64,000 nt of DNA from an uncultured Spartobacteria bacterium (GCA_903826635.1 CAIKFI010000030.1:4414-68413), one strand, 5' to 3'; positions 1 to 9,197 are shown, counted from the stretch's first letter. Notes: a model not told the origin generated them from the letters alone. Made by a program: numbers and translations.

Positions 1-43
1 ACAGAGCAGGAGAAAGAGGGCCAACGGCTTCACGGGCGGCTGA

Positions 44-1135
44 TCAGTCCACCAGCTGATACCAGTTATTGCGGCGGCGTGGCGAGTAGCCTGCCTCCCG
101 GATAAGCGTCTCAATCTCCAGGGCCTCAAGGCGAAAGCTTGTCCCGGCCTTGCTGACGACATTCTCCTCCATCATGACGCTGCCAAAGTCATTGGCGCCG
201 TAGCGAAGGGCGATCTGACCGATCTTAGGCCCCTGAGTGACCCAGGAGCTCTGCACATTGGTGATATTGTCGAGGTAGATGCGGGCGAGGGCCTGCATCC
301 GCAGATATTCCGCAGAGCCAACCGGATCGGCCTTCAGCTTGGTGTTATCGGGCTGGAAGGTCCAGCAGATGAAGGCCGTGAATCCTCCCGTCTCGTCCTG
401 CTGGACGCGGAGACGATCCAGATGCTCGATCCGCTCCTCCACGGTCTCGACATGGCCGAACATCATCGTGGCGCTGGAATTGAGTCCCATGCGGTGGGCT
501 ACTTCCATCACCTTGAGCCACTGATCGCTGTTGGCCTTGAGCGGGGCAATCCGGTTGCGGACGCGGTCCACGAGAATCTCGCCGCCGCCACCGGGTATGG
601 AACCAAGACCGGCCTCCTTGAAGCGACGGATCACCTCCTCAAGCGGCATCTTGAAGACCTCCGCAAAGTGAGTGAACTCCGGCGGGCTGAAACCGTGGAT
701 ATTCACATGGGGATACTTCTCCCGGATGTGGGAGAGGAGATCCGTATACCAGTCGATCGTCAGGGAGGGGTGATGCCCTCCCTGCATCAGGATCTGGATT
801 CCACCCACAGAGGTCAGCTCATCAAGCTTCTGATCGATCTCGTCAAATGAAATCACGTAGCTGTCAGCATCCTTCTCGGTGCGATAGAAGGCGCAGAACT
901 TGCAGTAAACGTTGCAGATATTCGTGTAGTTGATGTTCCGGTCGATGATGTAGGTGACAATCTCATTCCCCGCTTCACCATAGGCCTCTGCCAGCGCTAA
1001 CTTCCTCCGGTGATCGGCTAGGGCTCCGAGTTCCTCCAGAGGCAACCTATAGAGCTCCAGGGCCTCCGCAGGCGTGATGCGCTCACCGTCGATGACGCGG
1101 TCGATCAGAGTTTCGGAGGCAACGGCAGTGGACAT
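44..1135 (-). CDS. Radical SAM enzyme of the futalosine menaquinone pathway (MqnC/MqnE family)
   Basis: 363-aa ORF with a CNVYCKFC (CxxxCxxC) radical-SAM motif. Overall pattern (IPGGGGEIL, MMFGHVET) is typical of the MqnC/MqnE/CofH family. MqnC and MqnE cannot be separated by eye. Confidence 0.75.
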   Translation of the reverse strand: MSTAVASETLIDRVIDGERITPAEALELYRLPLEELGALADHRRKLALAEAYGEAGNEIVTYIIDRNINYTNICNVYCKFCAFYRTEKDADSYVISFDEIDQKLDELTSVGGIQILMQGGHHPSLTIDWYTDLLSHIREKYPHVNIHGFSPPEFTHFAEVFKMPLEEVIRRFKEAGLGSIPGGGGEILVDRVRNRIAPLKANSDQWLKVMEVAHRMGLNSSATMMFGHVETVEERIEHLDRLRVQQDETGGFTAFICWTFQPDNTKLKADPVGSAEYLRMQALARIYLDNITNVQSSWVTQGPKIGQIALRYGANDFGSVMMEENVVSKAGTSFRLEALEIETLIREAGYSPRRRNNWYQLVD

Positions 1136-1281
1136 GAAAACAAATTAAAGGATGAAGGCCGAAGGCTAAAGTGCAAAAAATCCTATCTTTTCAGCAGCAA
1201 GACAGGAACGACATCACAGCCCGGGCGAACATCGTTCGGCCAACCCCTTGACGGCATGAGTCTCGTGAGACACATTAAATC

Positions 1282-1557
1282 ATGATCACGATCGAAATCC
1301 CGGTCAGGGAGCTTCATGCGAGGACAGGTCACTATGTCCGCAAGGCGGCCTCGAACGTGGAAGTCGTAGTGACGGAACGCGGCGTTCCCTCCGCCCGGTT
1401 AATCCCGCTGAACCCGATCTCCGACAAGGGGCAGGCTGCAACCATCAGCGCACGCCGGAAGCTTCTACCCGAATACCGTCGCTTGGCGGAAAACGGTGCC
1501 CTCAGATCCCTCAAAGAAGGAATCAAGGATGAAGATCGCGGCCTGCGTGAACTCTGA
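1282..1557 (+). CDS. Type II antitoxin, Phd/YefM-like
   Basis: 91 aa. N-terminus IPVRELHARTGHYVRKAASNVEVVVTERGVPSARLIPL fits the Phd/YefM fold pattern. Its stop overlaps the start of the downstream PIN gene (TGATG, 1-nt overlap). Confidence 0.6.
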   Translation: MITIEIPVRELHARTGHYVRKAASNVEVVVTERGVPSARLIPLNPISDKGQAATISARRKLLPEYRRLAENGALRSLKEGIKDEDRGLREL

Positions 1558-1991
1558 TGATCTATTGCGACACCGCCTACCTCCTCAAATGGTACCTGGA
1601 CGAGAAGGGTAGCTCCGAAGTCCGCGAACTGATCGGTAAACAGAGGGCAGTCTCCTCCCTTTCCCTGGCACGCTTGGAGCTCTCCGGAGTGTTCCATCGG
1701 AAGCTAAGGGAGAAAGAGATTCCCGCGGCAGCACACCGCGCCGTCATCCGGCAGTTCCGATCTGACTGCTCCTCCGGGATCTGGGTCTGGCTGGAGCCCG
1801 ATGCACGGATCATCGAAACGGCGTGCCAAAGATACGAAAAGCTCTCGTCAACGATCTTTCTGAGGGCAGTCGATGCGCTCCACCTGACATGTGCCAAGGA
1901 GAACGGCTTCCGGGAAATCTATTCCAACGACCGGCATATGCTCACTGCAGCCAAACACTTCGGCCTGAAAGCAAGAAACGTCATCCTGTAG
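1557..1991 (+). CDS. vapC: PIN-domain ribonuclease toxin VapC
   Basis: 144 aa. Acidic PIN residues are at the expected places (MIYCD.., AVDALHL, SNDRHM). Translationally coupled to the upstream antitoxin. Confidence 0.7.
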   Translation: MIYCDTAYLLKWYLDEKGSSEVRELIGKQRAVSSLSLARLELSGVFHRKLREKEIPAAAHRAVIRQFRSDCSSGIWVWLEPDARIIETACQRYEKLSSTIFLRAVDALHLTCAKENGFREIYSNDRHMLTAAKHFGLKARNVIL

Positions 1992-2206
1992 CGAGGCCAA
2001 GTGTTACTATGTTCCAGTAAAACGATCACTGGATCGATCGTCCACGCTTGCTTAGGGCAGGGATAAAGACCTAAGGCTAAGTGGCAAAAGGCAACTCTAG
2101 ATGGACAGGATCAATTTGGAACTCAGGAACGCCAGTGCTGCAGCAGCAAATCCTACAGCTAGCGAGCGGTGACACCGCCCCACGCGAAAATCTCAAGCCT
2201 CCACCA

Positions 2207-3397
2207 CTATTCCAGCTCGAAATTAATATTGATCGTATAGCCGCCTGCTCCACCCATTCCCTCAGGAACAGGGGCAATCTTGATCACCTTGCGGGCCGCT
2301 TCGAGGACCGACTGATCCATGACCGGATTGCCGCTCGGCTTGGCGAGACCGAAATCGCTGATCGTGCCATCCCGTTGAATGGTGATCTTGAGCGTGGTGG
2401 AGAAGTCATGCTTGTGCTCGGTCGGGATGGAGGTCGGCTGCTCCCACTGACTGAAGAAGCGGTCGTGAATGAGGGTCTGGTAAGCATCGACCGTGCCCGC
2501 ATCGGCCCCATTGCCGCCTGCCCCACCTGCACCTGTTCCTCCTCCCTTTGAGGCCAGAAACGCATTCTTGGCATCGGAATTCCCTTTCCCATCGCCCTTC
2601 GCTGTGGAGGCTTTCTTCGTGCCGCTGGAACTCTTCTTGGCTCCTGTGTTCGATTTCTCAGCGGAGGACTTGTGAGGATGATCCCCGTCGCTCTGATCCG
2701 CGTTCTCACTCTTTGGAGAGGCTGTGGGAGAAGCCTTCGGAGAGGTCTTCGGCTTGGCGGAGGCTTTGGGCTTTGGGCTGGTTGATGCCTTCGGCTTGGC
2801 GGGCGTATGCTTCGGAGAAGCCTTCGGAGAAGTTTTAGGAGAGGGCTTGGGGGTCACCTTAGGTGTCACCTTGGGGGAGGGCTTCGGAGTGGGGGTCTCT
2901 TCGGGTTCCGGAGTTGGAGAAGGTTTCTCCTTAAGCTTCTCCTCTGGCATGGGCGTTGGGGTCGGAGAAGGGGGTGCCTTTGGAGTCGGTTTCGGGGTGG
3001 GTTTGGGCGTTGGCTTCGGAGTGGGAGAGGGTGTCGGCGTCGGAGTGGAGTGCGCGAGGGAAATCTCCGAGGGAGCCTCGGGAGCTTGCGAGGCTTTCGG
3101 ATCCTCCTTAGGAATAAGGAGGGGGGGAGGTGTTGGTTTTGGTGTTGGTATGGAGGGAGGGAGGGCGGCTTGTTCGGGAATCTCGTCCGGATTTTGCATC
3201 TCCTCACTTTGATGCGGCACCGCCTCGGACGAGTTCTCCTGGGGCGAGGAGAAGGATCCCGTCTCCATCCAGGTGAGCTGTCCGGCGGGTTTCCTGATTG
3301 GCCTGTTAAAGAACCAAAGGAGACCTCCGATCACCAGAACATGGATCAACGCTACGGCGATCAGCGCCCTGCGAAAGCGGGGTTCCTTCCTGTTCAT
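2207..3397 (-). CDS. TonB/TolA-like energy transducer with a very long Pro/Lys/Thr/Ser-rich linker
   Basis: 396 aa. N-terminal anchor (ALIAVALIHVLVIGGLLWFF), about 200 aa of PTPKP/SPK low-complexity sequence, and a C-terminal TonB_C-like domain (..TLKITIQRDGTISDFGLAKPSGNPVMDQSVLEAARK..). Last gene of the exbB-exbD set. Confidence 0.65.
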   Translation of the reverse strand: MNRKEPRFRRALIAVALIHVLVIGGLLWFFNRPIRKPAGQLTWMETGSFSSPQENSSEAVPHQSEEMQNPDEIPEQAALPPSIPTPKPTPPPLLIPKEDPKASQAPEAPSEISLAHSTPTPTPSPTPKPTPKPTPKPTPKAPPSPTPTPMPEEKLKEKPSPTPEPEETPTPKPSPKVTPKVTPKPSPKTSPKASPKHTPAKPKASTSPKPKASAKPKTSPKASPTASPKSENADQSDGDHPHKSSAEKSNTGAKKSSSGTKKASTAKGDGKGNSDAKNAFLASKGGGTGAGGAGGNGADAGTVDAYQTLIHDRFFSQWEQPTSIPTEHKHDFSTTLKITIQRDGTISDFGLAKPSGNPVMDQSVLEAARKVIKIAPVPEGMGGAGGYTININFELE

Positions 3398-3406
3398 GAA
3401 TCCGTC

Positions 3407-3856
3407 CTAGTTGCCGGAGGCACCTTGAGCGGGTCCATTCCCGGGGGCCTCGGGACGGGTCATTACGCCGACCTTGCTGATCCCGGCCTTGTGAAGAAGA
3501 TCCATGACGCTGACAAAGTTCTGCACCGGAAGGTCGCGGTCAGGTCTCAGGACCACAGCCACACCGGGCTGCTCTTGCTTGAGGGCGGCCATACGGCTCT
3601 CCAGATTCCCGGCGGTGATGATCTCCTCGTTGAGCTTGAGCACATCATTCCGGTCGATCGAAACGGTCTGAACCTGCGAGGGATTGACCTCCGTCTTGGC
3701 GGTGGAACTGTTCGGCACGATGAGATCCATACTGTTCTCCATGAGCGGCGTCGTGATCATGAAGATGATCAGGAGCACAAAGGCCAGATCAAGCAGGGGC
3801 GTCACGTTCAGCTCGCTGAGCGTGTGAAGGGCGTTGCGGTCGGAGTATCGGCGCAT
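3407..3856 (-). CDS. exbD: Biopolymer transport protein ExbD/TolR
   Basis: The start is trimmed to MRRYSD.. (ATG 3856) because the longer track ORF (to 3949) would overlap exbB. Sequence ELNVTPLLDLAFVLLIIFMITTPL is the ExbD/TolR signature helix. Confidence 0.8.
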   Translation of the reverse strand: MRRYSDRNALHTLSELNVTPLLDLAFVLLIIFMITTPLMENSMDLIVPNSSTAKTEVNPSQVQTVSIDRNDVLKLNEEIITAGNLESRMAALKQEQPGVAVVLRPDRDLPVQNFVSVMDLLHKAGISKVGVMTRPEAPGNGPAQGASGN

Positions 3857-3866
3857 AAGACCCCCC

Positions 3867-4616
3867 TTAGCTGATACGGCTTCCGTGGCTGACGTAACGG
3901 TGCTCGATACCGCTGGAGAGTTCAGCAGCGAAGTTGTCGCAGGAAACAATCATGCCCCGGACACTGGTGACCAGAAAGTTGTATCCGAACATCGCGGGGA
4001 TGGCTACCAGCAGTCCGGTCACCGTGGTGATCAGGGCCCCCGAGACACCGGGAGCCATCGCCGCGAGGCTCGCGCTTCCCGAGGCGGCGATGCCGCCAAA
4101 GGCATCCATGACGCCCCAGACAGTCCCAAGCAAACCGACAAAGGGAGCGCCGCTCACAGCTGTCGAGAGAATGATCATCTGTGATTCGAGCCGGAGAGCG
4201 GACTCGCCGACCGCACGCTCCATGGATGCCTGAACAGAGCGCATCTGGGCAGGAGTGATCCGGTCCGCGTATTTGAGACGCGACTGGAACGTCTCGTCGA
4301 CTTCGGTCGAACCGAGCACCTGGAAGCAGAGTTCCTCGCACCCGGCATGATAGATTTCGTAAAGCGGGGACCCCTCGAACTCGAGACCCGTCTCGAAAAT
4401 GTTGAGCGGCTCGCGATCCCTTCGGAAAAGTGTCATGAAGCGTTCTGACTGGCTTTTTGCAAAATTCAATTCGCGGATCTTCGTGATCATCACGGACCAG
4501 CTAAAAATCGACCCCACAAAGAGGACAAGCAGAACGATCTTTCCCTCGATTGTTGATTCGAGGAAGGCGTAGACGATACCGCTGCCGAGCAACAAGGACA
4601 TTATGGAGAGAATCAC
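3867..4616 (-). CDS. exbB: MotA/TolQ/ExbB proton-channel protein
   Basis: 249 aa with a GTG start. Three TM helices and the conserved C-terminal region GAPFVGLLGTVWGVMDAF...AMAPGVSGALITTVTGLLVAIPA. Confidence 0.85.
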   Translation of the reverse strand: MILSIMSLLLGSGIVYAFLESTIEGKIVLLVLFVGSIFSWSVMITKIRELNFAKSQSERFMTLFRRDREPLNIFETGLEFEGSPLYEIYHAGCEELCFQVLGSTEVDETFQSRLKYADRITPAQMRSVQASMERAVGESALRLESQMIILSTAVSGAPFVGLLGTVWGVMDAFGGIAASGSASLAAMAPGVSGALITTVTGLLVAIPAMFGYNFLVTSVRGMIVSCDNFAAELSSGIEHRYVSHGSRIS

Positions 4617-4995
4617 GGCGCAAGGCCCTCCGCCGCAAGATTAAAGAGGTGTTCACCACAAAGGGGGATCCAAGATCCATCCAAGGTTGGAATCCAACGG
4701 AGCGGCTAAAACAGGCAAGAGCTCCGAGGATCGGATCGGGATGACCCATGAGGTCAACCCTGCAAGCTCGCCAGTGAGGGTGATCAGTGAGGCCATCCTA
4801 ACCGCACCGCACCCACACCGGTTACATTGCATCCATGCCATTGCCCAATAATAGGAGTCTTAGCCTGAAGTTTTTTCGGTAAAACTTTGCAAGTCCTTGG
4901 CTGTTTCCTTGGTGGTAAAACCTTAGGTCCCAGATTTTGCTCCTCGCCCCACTTCCTAGCGTGGAGCCAGCAAGTCAAAATCCGGATCCCTAACG

Positions 4996-5502
4996 CTATT
5001 CCTCATCGCGGGTGAACGAATCGATGATTGCCTGATGCTGGGGAAACAGAGCCCCCAGGGCAGCCCTCCCCGGCATCTCGAAATCGGCGAAATCAAATCC
5101 CGGCGAGACCGTGCATCCCACCAGCGTAAAACCGCCCGATGAAGGAAGAGCACGCGCCGCCTGCCAGACTCCTGAAGGCACCGTATACTGCGGGCGCTGG
5201 CCCGCATCGAGTTGGCATCCAAGAAGATGAACCTCAAGGTCTCCCGCCGGGGTGATCGTCAGCAACTCGAGCGGAGCTCCCAGATAAAAGTGCCAGATCT
5301 CGTCGGCCGCAACCTTGTGAAGGGCTGAGAACGTGCCCTGCGGAAGGAGGTAGTAAATGGACGTTCCCGCAGAACGCTCGCGGCCATCAGCAAGTGTGAC
5401 CATGTCGGAGGATCGGAAGGTCTCCCTGAAGTAGCCTCCTTCCGGATGAGGAAGGAGGCCAAGCATCCCGATGATTTCTCCGGCCTGCACATCAACATCC
5501 AT
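4996..5502 (-). CDS. Cupin-fold protein (DUF985 / YML079w-like)
   Basis: LLPHPEGGYFRETFRS...GTSIYYLL...SALHKVAADEIWHFYLG matches the DUF985 cupin pattern. The start is placed at MDVDVQ (5502); the track ORF extends to 5619, but that N-terminal extension has no homology-like features. Confidence 0.6.
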   Translation of the reverse strand: MDVDVQAGEIIGMLGLLPHPEGGYFRETFRSSDMVTLADGRERSAGTSIYYLLPQGTFSALHKVAADEIWHFYLGAPLELLTITPAGDLEVHLLGCQLDAGQRPQYTVPSGVWQAARALPSSGGFTLVGCTVSPGFDFADFEMPGRAALGALFPQHQAIIDSFTRDEE

Positions 5503-5624
5503 AAACCCATGATGGGAATGCCCCGGGGAAGGACAAGGGAAATCAGCAGCGCCTGCAACCTCACTCACAATCGCTCCCATAATGGGGCTTTGCCAGAAAG
5601 CCCCCCCGAGGTTATTCATGCCGG

Positions 5625-6629
5625 ATGATTCGTCGTCACAGCCTTCCCCCCATGCTCCTCCTCACCCTTGTCGTGACGGGGATCGTCGGAGATCGCCGAA
5701 CCATCGCCGAGCCGATCCCTCTGATGACAAATGCTCCGGAGGTCTCCCCCGCCCAGCAACCATCCCAGCAAAACCAAGCTCAGCAGATCCCCGCAAGTCC
5801 ACCCCCCTCAGGAAACCGCTACGACGTGCTCTCCAAAATGATCACCCCGATGGCAGGGGTTCTGCTGGGTGGAAATCAGACAACAGACCGCGCCATGACG
5901 CTCAGGGCAACGGTCGGACAAGTCGCCGGCCGCCTGCCGCAGACCATCAAGGGGGCCTCCCTCAAGGCCATGATCCAATATCCCGGCCGCATCCGCGTGG
6001 AGGCCCCGGTGCTTGGCGAAACACTGACCATCTGCCGCAACGGCAATCAGGTTTGGGCATCCCCGGGCTCCAAGATTCAGTTTCTTCTTTCGCAGTTTAA
6101 GCACAAACCGGCTCCGGCACCCAAGAACGGCGCCCCTCTCCAGTTGCCCTTCACCGCACAACAGGCGGTCCTGCTTCCAGCGCTCTTTCAACTGGAGCCA
6201 TCCAATGATGTTGCCGCCATCGATGGCACGCCCTGCCGGGTCATCTCGGGAGGCCTGATGCCTGAAATTGCCAAGGCTGCGAATGCGGAGGATTTCTCCG
6301 CAAAACTCTGGATCTGCTCGGACTACACCCCAAAACGGATCGACATCCGGCGGAGTGACTTTGCGATGTCGTTCCTGATCGAGGAGCTGACCTTCGCTCC
6401 CGACTTCCCCACCTCCACCTGGCAGCCACCTCAGGACGCCAAAGACCTCTACCGTTGCAATGCAGCCGATCTGGAGCAACTCCTCTATGTGCTGATGAAC
6501 TCGCTTCAAATGAGCTCCGGGGAGACACCGTGGATGAATGAGAGCACTCCTTCAGCTCCATCTCCCATCGCTCCGGCCCCGACGGGATCCCAGGGGCTTC
6601 CCGGAAATCCGTTCGGCACGCTGAATTAA
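5625..6629 (+). CDS. Hypothetical secreted protein (possible LolA-like beta fold)
   Basis: 334 aa with a signal-like N-terminus (LPPMLLLTLVVTGIVG). No motif I can name. Followed by a clear intrinsic terminator. Confidence 0.5.
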   Translation: MIRRHSLPPMLLLTLVVTGIVGDRRTIAEPIPLMTNAPEVSPAQQPSQQNQAQQIPASPPPSGNRYDVLSKMITPMAGVLLGGNQTTDRAMTLRATVGQVAGRLPQTIKGASLKAMIQYPGRIRVEAPVLGETLTICRNGNQVWASPGSKIQFLLSQFKHKPAPAPKNGAPLQLPFTAQQAVLLPALFQLEPSNDVAAIDGTPCRVISGGLMPEIAKAANAEDFSAKLWICSDYTPKRIDIRRSDFAMSFLIEELTFAPDFPTSTWQPPQDAKDLYRCNAADLEQLLYVLMNSLQMSSGETPWMNESTPSAPSPIAPAPTGSQGLPGNPFGTLN

Positions 6630-6675
6630 AGGGTATGGCAGGTCAGACCCAAGGGTGTTAGGGTCCTGCGCTGCA

Positions 6676-6702
6676 ATCAGGCAGATGGCCTGATCTTTTT
6701 TA
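6676..6702 (+). terminator. Rho-independent terminator after the 5625-6629 gene
   Basis: ATCAGGC-agatg-GCCTGAT (7-bp stem, 5-nt loop) followed by CTTTTTTA. Confidence 0.7.
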
Positions 6703-6736
6703 TTCTTCAGATTTCACCCTTCATCCTTTCAGCCTC

Positions 6737-8548
6737 ATGGCTCTTCTTCAACTCCGTCAGGTTACCCTGCGTTACACCGACTTCCCGCTTCTGGATCAGG
6801 TCGATCTGCAGATCGAACCCGGAGAGAGGGTCTGTCTGGTGGGACGCAACGGCACCGGTAAGACCAGCATCATGAGGGTGATTGCCGGGGAGGAAAAACC
6901 CCAGGAGGGCGAGATCACCAAGCCCCCCGGAGTTGTCATCACCAGACTTCCTCAGGAGGTCCCCGAGGGGATCGCCGGATCCGTTTATGAGGTGATCCAT
7001 GCCGGTCTTCGCGTGGGCGGGACGGAGGAGGAGTGGGAGGCCGACGTGCGCGTGGAGGACTTGATGCAGGAGATGAATCTGCCGGCCGAAAAACAATTCC
7101 AGAGCCTGTCGGGCGGACTCAAACGCCGCGTTCTACTGGCACGCGCTCTGGTCGGGCAACCCGACGTGCTGATGCTCGACGAGCCGACCAACCACCTGGA
7201 TCTTGAGTCGATCCTCTGGCTGGAGTCCTTCCTGCTCAAGGTCAAGCCGACCCTCTTTTTTGTGACCCATGACCGTGCGTTTCTGAGGAAGCTCTCGACC
7301 CGCATCGTGGAACTGGATCGGGGAAAACTCACAAGCTGGGCCTGCGACTACGAGACCTATCTGGAGCGCAAGACGGCGAACCTAGAGGCGGAGGTGAAGC
7401 AGTGGGCCGCCTTCGACAAGAAGCTTGCTCAGGAGGAAGCTTGGCTCCGGCAGGGAGTCAAGGCCCGGAGGACAAGGAACGAGGGACGTGTGCGTGCTCT
7501 CAAAGCTCTCCGTACCGAGCGGGGTAACCGACGCGAGCGTCAGGGCAAGGCGAAGTTGGAAATTCAGGATGGCGTTTCCTCCGGACAGAAAGTCATCGAG
7601 GCAAAGAACATCTCTTTCCTCTATGGCGATCACCCCATTGTGAACGACTTCACGGCGACTCTATGGAAGGGGGACAAGATCGGCATCATCGGACCCAATG
7701 GGAGCGGAAAGACCACCCTGCTCAAGCTACTTCTCGACAAACTGACCCCCACGGAGGGTGAGGTGAAGCTCGGCACCCAATTGCAGATCGTCTACCTCGA
7801 CCAACTCCGCGACCAGATCGACGGGGAAAAAAGCCTCGGCCAGAATGTAGCCGGCGAGGCCGAAACTGTCACCTTCCAGGGGCGTCCTGTCCATATTCAT
7901 ACCTACTTAAAGGATTTCCTCTTTCCCTCGGATCGCATCCGGATGCCGGCCAAGATGCTCTCAGGGGGTGAGCGGAACCGCCTTCTTCTTGCCCGGTTGT
8001 TTCTGCAGCCCGCAAATGTCCTCGTTCTGGACGAGCCGACCAATGATCTCGATGCCGAGACCCTGGAACTCCTTGAGGAGCTCCTTGTCGGCTACGAGGG
8101 CACGCTTCTGCTGGTCTCCCACGACCGAGCCTTCCTTGATAATGTGGTGACGAGCACCTTTGTCTTCGAAGGGGAGGGACGCATCAGCGAATATACGGGC
8201 GGCTATGAGGATTGGGTTCGCCAACGCCGTGAACTGGATCGCGTCGCCTCCCTGCCCACAGTCCAGACTCCTGTTGTGACAACCGTGAAGCCTGGCAAAT
8301 CGGAAAAGGGCCGCAAATTTCTTAACAGGGAACAGCGGGAGCTGGATGAGCTCCCCTCGAAAATCGAGGAACTGGAGGCCAAACAGGCCGAACTTTCCGG
8401 GCGGCTCGCAGACCCCGCACTCTACCAGAGCAAGGATGGTGCCTTTCAACGCATCGAGAAAGAACTCACGGAACTCCAGCAGACCATCGAGAAGACGATG
8501 GCCCGGTGGGAGGAGCTTGAGGCGCTTCGGGTGGAACTAGCCGGCTAA
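6737..8548 (+). CDS. ABC-F family ATPase (Uup/EttA-like, no TM domain)
   Basis: 603 aa. Two Walker A motifs (GRNGTGKTS, GPNGSGKTT), two LSGG signatures, an inter-domain linker and a C-terminal coiled coil. Confidence 0.9.
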   Translation: MALLQLRQVTLRYTDFPLLDQVDLQIEPGERVCLVGRNGTGKTSIMRVIAGEEKPQEGEITKPPGVVITRLPQEVPEGIAGSVYEVIHAGLRVGGTEEEWEADVRVEDLMQEMNLPAEKQFQSLSGGLKRRVLLARALVGQPDVLMLDEPTNHLDLESILWLESFLLKVKPTLFFVTHDRAFLRKLSTRIVELDRGKLTSWACDYETYLERKTANLEAEVKQWAAFDKKLAQEEAWLRQGVKARRTRNEGRVRALKALRTERGNRRERQGKAKLEIQDGVSSGQKVIEAKNISFLYGDHPIVNDFTATLWKGDKIGIIGPNGSGKTTLLKLLLDKLTPTEGEVKLGTQLQIVYLDQLRDQIDGEKSLGQNVAGEAETVTFQGRPVHIHTYLKDFLFPSDRIRMPAKMLSGGERNRLLLARLFLQPANVLVLDEPTNDLDAETLELLEELLVGYEGTLLLVSHDRAFLDNVVTSTFVFEGEGRISEYTGGYEDWVRQRRELDRVASLPTVQTPVVTTVKPGKSEKGRKFLNREQRELDELPSKIEELEAKQAELSGRLADPALYQSKDGAFQRIEKELTELQQTIEKTMARWEELEALRVELAG

Positions 8549-8642
8549 AAACCAGCCTGCGCGGGGCGATTCTAGAAATCACTTTTTGATTTCCCGAGGC
8601 AGGGTGTTACGTTCCGTGCGTCAGGATGTTCTAAAATCTCCC

Positions 8643-9197
8643 ATGAAAAAACCCAGATCCCCCATCCTCCTGGCGATCCTATCCCTGCTCTGCCTGGCAA
8701 CCACCTCCATCCAGAACGCACCTGCCTACTACGGGGGAGGGGGTTATTATCGTGGTGGCTATGGTGGCTATTATCATGGAGGGTGCTGGGGTGGGAACGG
8801 GGGCTGGTATGGCACCGGCATCCCGAATGGTTTGGGGTGGACGATGTTTGGGCTCGGTGCGGCCGGAGTCGCGGCGACCGTTGCCGCCCCTTATCTGGCC
8901 CCTCCCGTCTACGCCGTTCCGGCTGCTCCTGTCCTGTATCAGGCTCCCGGCTACTATCAACCCGCTCCACAGACGGTCGCGGCCCAAGAAGTCCCGCAAC
9001 CATCAGCACCCCCCAATGAAACGTTGAGCAAAGCCCAGTCGAAGCTGTCGGGTTTGGGTTATTTCAAAGGCACGATCGATGGTTATTACGGTCCCCAGAC
9101 TGCAAGGGCCGTGGAGCAGTTTCAGGCCGACAACAATCTTCCGGTCAACGGACGACTCGATCTGAAAACCCTCTCGAGCCTGGGTATCTCGCTATAA
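8643..9197 (+). CDS. Secreted Gly/Tyr-rich protein with a C-terminal peptidoglycan-binding domain (PG_binding_1-like)
   Basis: Start is taken at MKKPRSPILLAILSLLCLA (signal peptide). The C-terminus LGYFKGTIDGYYGPQTARAVEQFQADNNLPVNGRLD is the classic PG-binding repeat. Confidence 0.6.
   Translation: MKKPRSPILLAILSLLCLATTSIQNAPAYYGGGGYYRGGYGGYYHGGCWGGNGGWYGTGIPNGLGWTMFGLGAAGVAATVAAPYLAPPVYAVPAAPVLYQAPGYYQPAPQTVAAQEVPQPSAPPNETLSKAQSKLSGLGYFKGTIDGYYGPQTARAVEQFQADNNLPVNGRLDLKTLSSLGISL

Noticed and set aside
2807-3874. 355-aa plus-strand ORF (and 2724-3212, 2866-3207) across the tonB/exbD region
   Set aside because: It is antisense to the Pro/Lys-rich TonB linker and to exbD. The translation is Arg/Gly/Leu low-complexity with no motif, as expected from the reverse frames of a GC-rich repetitive coding region.
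4686-4698. tRNA T-arm-like GGTTGGAATCCAAC
   Set aside because: The palindrome leaves a loop of only 1-3 nt, and no acceptor, D or anticodon arms can be drawn around it. It was treated as a possible operator dyad instead.
4617-4995. Cobalamin or other riboswitch in the long leader upstream of exbB
   Set aside because: I looked on the minus strand for the B12 box (..GCCACUG..) and the GGGAA/GGUG core. Only CUCACUGGCGAGC is present, which is too weak. No class can be assigned by eye.
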